Positions 58,678 to 64,000 of a stretch of 64,000 bases of DNA are shown here, piece after piece. The DNA is from the human T2T-CHM13v2.0 reference genome, Homo sapiens. The stretch lies in NCBI RefSeq assembly GCF_009914755.1, contig NC_060938.1; one strand, written 5' to 3'. The position numbers were made by a program, and so were the translations under genes. Under the pieces are notes generated by a model that worked only from the letters and a program-made list of their open reading frames with translations, had not been told where the DNA came from and did not search any database. Position 1 is the first letter of the stretch, and each line of letters begins with the position of its first letter.

Positions 58678-60619
58678 ATTAATGTACTCAAGATCATGCA
58701 TCTAGAAGGAGAAGTATAAAAAAAATTGAACCAAGGTAATCTGCTAAGTTGAAGCATAACACTATACCATAGTTGCTTATAAAAAGAATCTATCCATACA
58801 CAGATGCTTATTGAAATTCATGTATATGATTAATTTTTTCTGGCAATCATTTTTATTCTGAGCTGAGGAAACCCAGGTGGAGATTCATGTGGTCTCAGGG
58901 TAGAGTTATGCCTCCTTTTTTTCTCTTCGCTGAGATTCTCTTACCCAGGAGAATTGAGAATGAGTCCTTAAATATGTAAATGTATTTTCTTTAGGGCACA
59001 AATCCTACTGAAAGAGGGAGGATGGTAAGTAAAATGAATAAATTTCATTTTGTTGTCATTGTTGTTTATCTTTTGTCCTTAAATTTTCCTCCAGTCAAAA
59101 TATGCTTTTAATGACATGGAATTTGAAAAATTATTGTGTGCTCTAGAGAAGTGATTTGCAGACATGAAGGGATATTAGGAGACAGAAAAAAAAAAGGCAC
59201 TGCCTCATAAGGTTGGCCTAACGTTTGCCCAATTCCCAGGCATACAAAGAGTGGGGTGAGAATATGAAAGTCAGGTAAGGCATTCACTGCTTCTCAGAGA
59301 TTCAGTCTTGCTGCTGGGACCAAGCAGGAGTAAGAAATCAATAGTTCTTTCAAAAGTAGAGAATATTATGGGGTTAAATACACAAAGAGTGCAAAGCATT
59401 CTAGAATTTAGAGGACAGAGATAACTGAGTTGAGGTTTCCAGTTTTCACGTGCCTCTTCTTTTAGCCCTCTCAGTGACCCATTTAGGTTAACATTCTGAA
59501 TCTGGCATGGTGGATATAGAGCAGGGGGAATGATAGCCAAGGAACTCCACAAGGTCATAGTGTTAGAAATAATTTTCAAGATGATCTAACCAAACTTATA
59601 CTGACTTCAAGAATATAGATGGGAGCAGCATGAATGAAAGAGGCATGAATGTGAGATGCAAGAATGAGAAAATGTGAGGGGGAAGAAATAACAATATAGT
59701 TACATGGAGAAAAGCTGTTTGATGAGAGTGGCACAATGTGAAGCTGAATGGATTATACAAGTCTTTAAATACCAGACAAGGTAAGTTGAACCCTAGTCTC
59801 ATTATCCAGGACCATTGCCTTGGGCAAAATAATTATCTTCCTAAGAGGTGAGCTCAGCATCTGGGTACAGTAAGACAGTGTTGCTTTGCCTTGCCTTAGA
59901 TGTTCCCAGCCCTGGACTAAGACAAGTCAAAAGGCTTACAGCCTAGTTTTTATAGGCAGTGCCATCATTAAGAGACAAAGCATCACAGAGATTTGAAAGG
60001 AACAAATTAAATATGCCTGTCACTCAGCCCGGCTGTGCGTGGTGGCTAATGCAGCCGGCTCTGCTCTATTTGAGCCAGGTCTCTTGGGAACAATTTAAAA
60101 AGTGTGACTTAAATGGAGGCACTGTAAATGAGTCTGTACAGTGCAGCACTGAATATGCCATGTGGGAATCAGGCTGTTTGTGTCAGAGAATAGATGACAA
60201 CCTGTGGGTTGGAGGGAGGGTTGCATTTTAAGAGGACAGCATTTAGTCTTCAAAACTTTTAACATGATTCTCAACATTACTTCAGAGGTAAAACCATCCA
60301 CTGCTATCAAGATTGAAGATATTTGTATAATAAATACATGTTCTAATTTCTGACATTTAGCATGGATTTCATTTAGAAATAACAAAGAAAACTTCCAAAG
60401 CCATGTCAGTAATAAATGGAAAGGTAAATCTTCTAGATCTAGGTTCTCAAGTAATCTTTATATATGGTGTATGCACACAGTAATGAACTTTCAAAAAGTG
60501 AACTCCCCAGAATATTTATACATGTAAATGAGCTCTCTTTACATCTTAAACAGCAATTATTGTTTTTTTTTAAAAAACAATTTTTTGTTTTTTAATTTAA
60601 AAAAAAAATTTTTTAAAAA

Positions 60620-60830
60620 AAGAATTCATGATTTGGAATCAGACAGGCCTGAATTCCAAAACTAGGGCTGTCATTGACTATAACTTTCAACAAGCCATTT
60701 CACTTGCTAAACCTCAGTGTATTGTCAAGTAATCATAATAATGCATACCTGCAATGTGACAGAGAGGAATAAATAAAAAAGCATGTCACTGGTGCATAAT
60801 AGGCACCCATCAAATAATGCAGTATGTCTA
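60620..60830 (+). mobile_element. MIR
   Basis: 'ttggaatcagacaggcctgaattcc...aaacctcagt...ctggtgcataataggcacccatcaaata'. Confidence 0.72.
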
Positions 60831-62199
60831 CTTATTCTAAAAAGTGCTCATTGCTTTAACCATGTTTTGAAATTTTTCTTATCTAAGTCTTTTCCAAAGA
60901 AAGTACATTAGTATAATAAATGAGCAAATGACTTATAGAACTTATTTTCTAAAAGTAATATTCTTCCTCGTAATCCATAGTCAGATTACATGTTTGAAAC
61001 AAAATTTACCATTAGGTTACTCAAGTCAGTTAATCATTTTGGCACATTTTTTCTGAGTCCTTGTTATATACCTGTCAATGTTCTTCAAATAGATTGCTCA
61101 CCTTATTCCACAGGCTTATTCCTAATGGTTTTTGACCACTTCCTAAATTCAAATCTCAGACACAAATCGCAGACAGGCAGGTTGTGACATCTGTCACCCC
61201 ATTTATTGCCCGGCTTGACTCAAATGATCCATCCACTAAGTGAATATTACCTTCCTACATCAACACTCAACAGGCATTCCCTCATAAAGATGCATGATCA
61301 AAAATGACAATCTTTATGGTTGGTTCAGAAAGAGAAGGTGGTATTTTTCCATCAATACTTTGCTGCAAGTAGTTGACCTCTGCCAGAGTCTCCAAATCCT
61401 TAGGAAGGACTATTTATAGGAGAAAATGAACTTCATCTTAAAGGACAGAGATCACACATGATGACAGGTATCCAAATAAGTGTATATCCCTCATGAATTG
61501 GAGGAAAATATCAAAAACGGAATCCAGAAATATTTCGGGCAGTGACAGCATCCATTCCTGGGAAAATCATTAGGCTCACATATGCTTTTAGAAATATTTT
61601 ATCTGATTCACTCATTTTTGAATCCCACACTCTTAATACCTGCCTGGTCTATTGCAGGGACCAATGCAAGGAATCAAAAAATATTTCAGTGAAAGAATTA
61701 GGATGAATAACTTTTAAAATTTCAATGTCTTTTCTTTGAAAACATACATTCTCTAGTATTCTTTTGAAACCTGGTATATTCCACAAACATTCCCGCCTAG
61801 ACTTTGTTTCCAAAGTCTCTGACAGGAATATATTACACTCAAGATTATTATAGTTTAACTTCAACCATCTAAGGTTTAAATGCAGCAAGAGTACTACCAT
61901 AAATTTTAGTAAAAATTCACTATTGTCACATCTGAGCTAGAATGCTAGGCTTCACTGATAGTTTGGTTGATACAATATGTAGTTCAGGTCTCCAGATTTT
62001 TACATTTTAGGAAAACAAAATGTATTCTATTACTTAAAAGTATGTAATTATAAGACTCTCTTTGGCCTTGTTTCTAAGCAGCTAGTTCAAAATAAACTTG
62101 ACTTTACTCTTAATACTGTAAGAACCACCACTGAGCATGGATGTTGCATGAATGGAAGTGACAGTGAATGGAAAGAACACAGGTGTGGTGTCAGGAATC

Positions 62200-62390
62200 A
62201 CAATCCCATCTGTATTCATGGTTACTTTTGGACCTTGTCCAGGACACTTAACATCTATAGACTTCAGTTGCCTTGTATCAAAATATAGATAATAATTTCT
62301 ACCTTCTTGGATTGTTGCAATGATTCCATGAAACAAAATAAATGACTACATATTATAGGTCTTGGTACATAGTAGGTGCTCAAATCAATG
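62200..62390 (+). mobile_element. MIR
   Basis: 'gaccttgtccaggacacttaacatctatagacttcagttgcctt...tggtacatagtaggtgctcaa'. Confidence 0.75.
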
Positions 62391-64000
62391 TGCATTCACA
62401 AAGGTTACATAAGTGGCTAAGTGGTTGCATAGCCTCCTGCTCTAGTTTAAGGGAGGTGGGCAGAAAGCCTCATATCTCATCAGAATATTGGAGACAATGA
62501 GAAAGCATGTCATAACAGCCTCCCAGGAGAGACAGGGAGGCAAGTGAGTGGGAGATAGCCTCCTAGCAGGTCCTCACAGGCCTCTTCTCCTTTCAAGTTC
62601 TGGAATTATCACAGAGTTCCTCCAAGACTCAGATAAGTGGCTGTTCAAGCCGTGGCTTGTGTGGTCTGTGTAAATGTGCATGAGTTCGACATTCCCCTAC
62701 AATTGTACTTGTGTCATTTTTTCCATTAAGAAAAATACATTACTTTGCATTTGCCACCAGAATTTTTTCAAATGTAAACAATATCATGATAAAGCTAAAA
62801 TCATAGAGTTTTCACAAAAAGTTTCTAACCTATACTTTGACTAAAATGGACTAGGAATGACATTTTAATTGCTTGGGTAACCTAAATTAATCTTCAGTTG
62901 CATTTTTAAGGATATAGTAAAATCGTTTTTTAAATAAATCAATAAAAAACCTTGTTATTTCCTTTTAAAATCATGCCTCCTGACCCTCCTCATAATTCAC
63001 CTTGAAATCCAACAGAAAGAATTTGGAGGATAATAAAACGACCAAATTTCTCAAGAAAGGTTGACTTGGAACCTCAAGACACAAAGAAAAATAGGCCATG
63101 TGGGATTCTAGTAGGGATGAGTTTTAGGGTTTAATCTATCTGAATAGTAGCCACTTTCCATCACCTTGCTTGTCCAGCTACTGCTTGGCATGGTAAAGGA
63201 AGAGAAAATAACATAGCTATAACGCACATCTCACTGAGTCCTGTTCAACATTTATTTATACCACATAACCTGTGATGAAAAGCAACCTCATGTGGAGAAG
63301 AATCTCAAGATCTAGAATCAGCAGACCTCTGATATTTCTTAGCTTTTTAATAGTAGGCAAATTAGTAGGAGCACCTCAGCCTCAATTTCCTTGTCTTCCC
63401 AACTATTGTGATAAATTTGGAGAAAATCTTATTGACTAACATTCCTCTTGGGGATAGTACTAAATTTTTTTGGAGTAATCATTTTGTTGAAGAACAAACC
63501 CCAAACAAAAACACAAAAAGTAATTTTTTAAAACGTGTGGGGAAGTAAAGATGGCCATTAAATCTGTTAGCATGAGTATGATAAATTTGTTTTGCTTTAA
63601 AGAAATAGGGGGATGAAATCAATAAAGAGAAGAACAGGAAAGACAGGTGAATAAAGGGAAAAAAGAGGTCAGATGAAGTTGTAATAACTTCTTTCAGAGA
63701 TTTTTTTTTTTTATTGGCTTCAGGAACACTGTCAGCCAATGTGTGGGGCAGAGTGGAAGTTCTGGAAAGTTAATATCCTTGGAAGTAGCTAGGGTCTTGA
63801 ATATATATCTCAGCCTGCATGCCATACCATTGGCTGGGATGAGACCTCTTTAGGCATATTCTACAATGCCTCCGGGGGTTATTTAGTGGCACTGAGCTCC
63901 AATTGTCCACAATGGTAATTTTCCTGATTATGTAACCTTTCTTGGTTTATTCCTTTCTTCCCTACCTCACTTTTTCACTCAGCCACCCATGTTCTCTTGG

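Noticed and set aside
60555-60625. A/T-run palindromes
   Set aside because: Low-complexity slippage products.

Overview
AT-rich, CpG-poor primate genomic DNA, most likely human or another hominoid (AluJ/S/Y, a young L1PA stub, THE1, MST/MLT1, MLT2, L2, MIR, MER2, Tigger1). It is intergenic or deep-intronic: I find no supportable protein-coding gene, and the ORF track consists of repeat-derived or chance ORFs. Three structures stand out. (1) A pair of ~0.85-kb inverted duplicates (3202-4076 and 7105-7950) flanks a 3.0-kb spacer; the core is ~98.6% identical but the edges only ~92-93%, which fits ongoing gene conversion and a recombination-invertible segment. (2) A ZNF268-like processed pseudogene (22782-23988) has a perfect 13-bp target-site duplication, an L1-endonuclease site, a polyA signal and a 5' inversion (twin priming), and sits inside an L2. 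(3) A much older, apparently intron-containing KRAB zinc-finger gene fossil lies on the minus strand (~47541-48902), with a degenerate KRAB-A exon and a terminal exon of 4-5 decayed C2H2 fingers. Repeat subfamily names come from recalled consensus motifs, not a RepeatMasker run. Boundaries of old repeats are approximate and identity counts are by-eye alignments.
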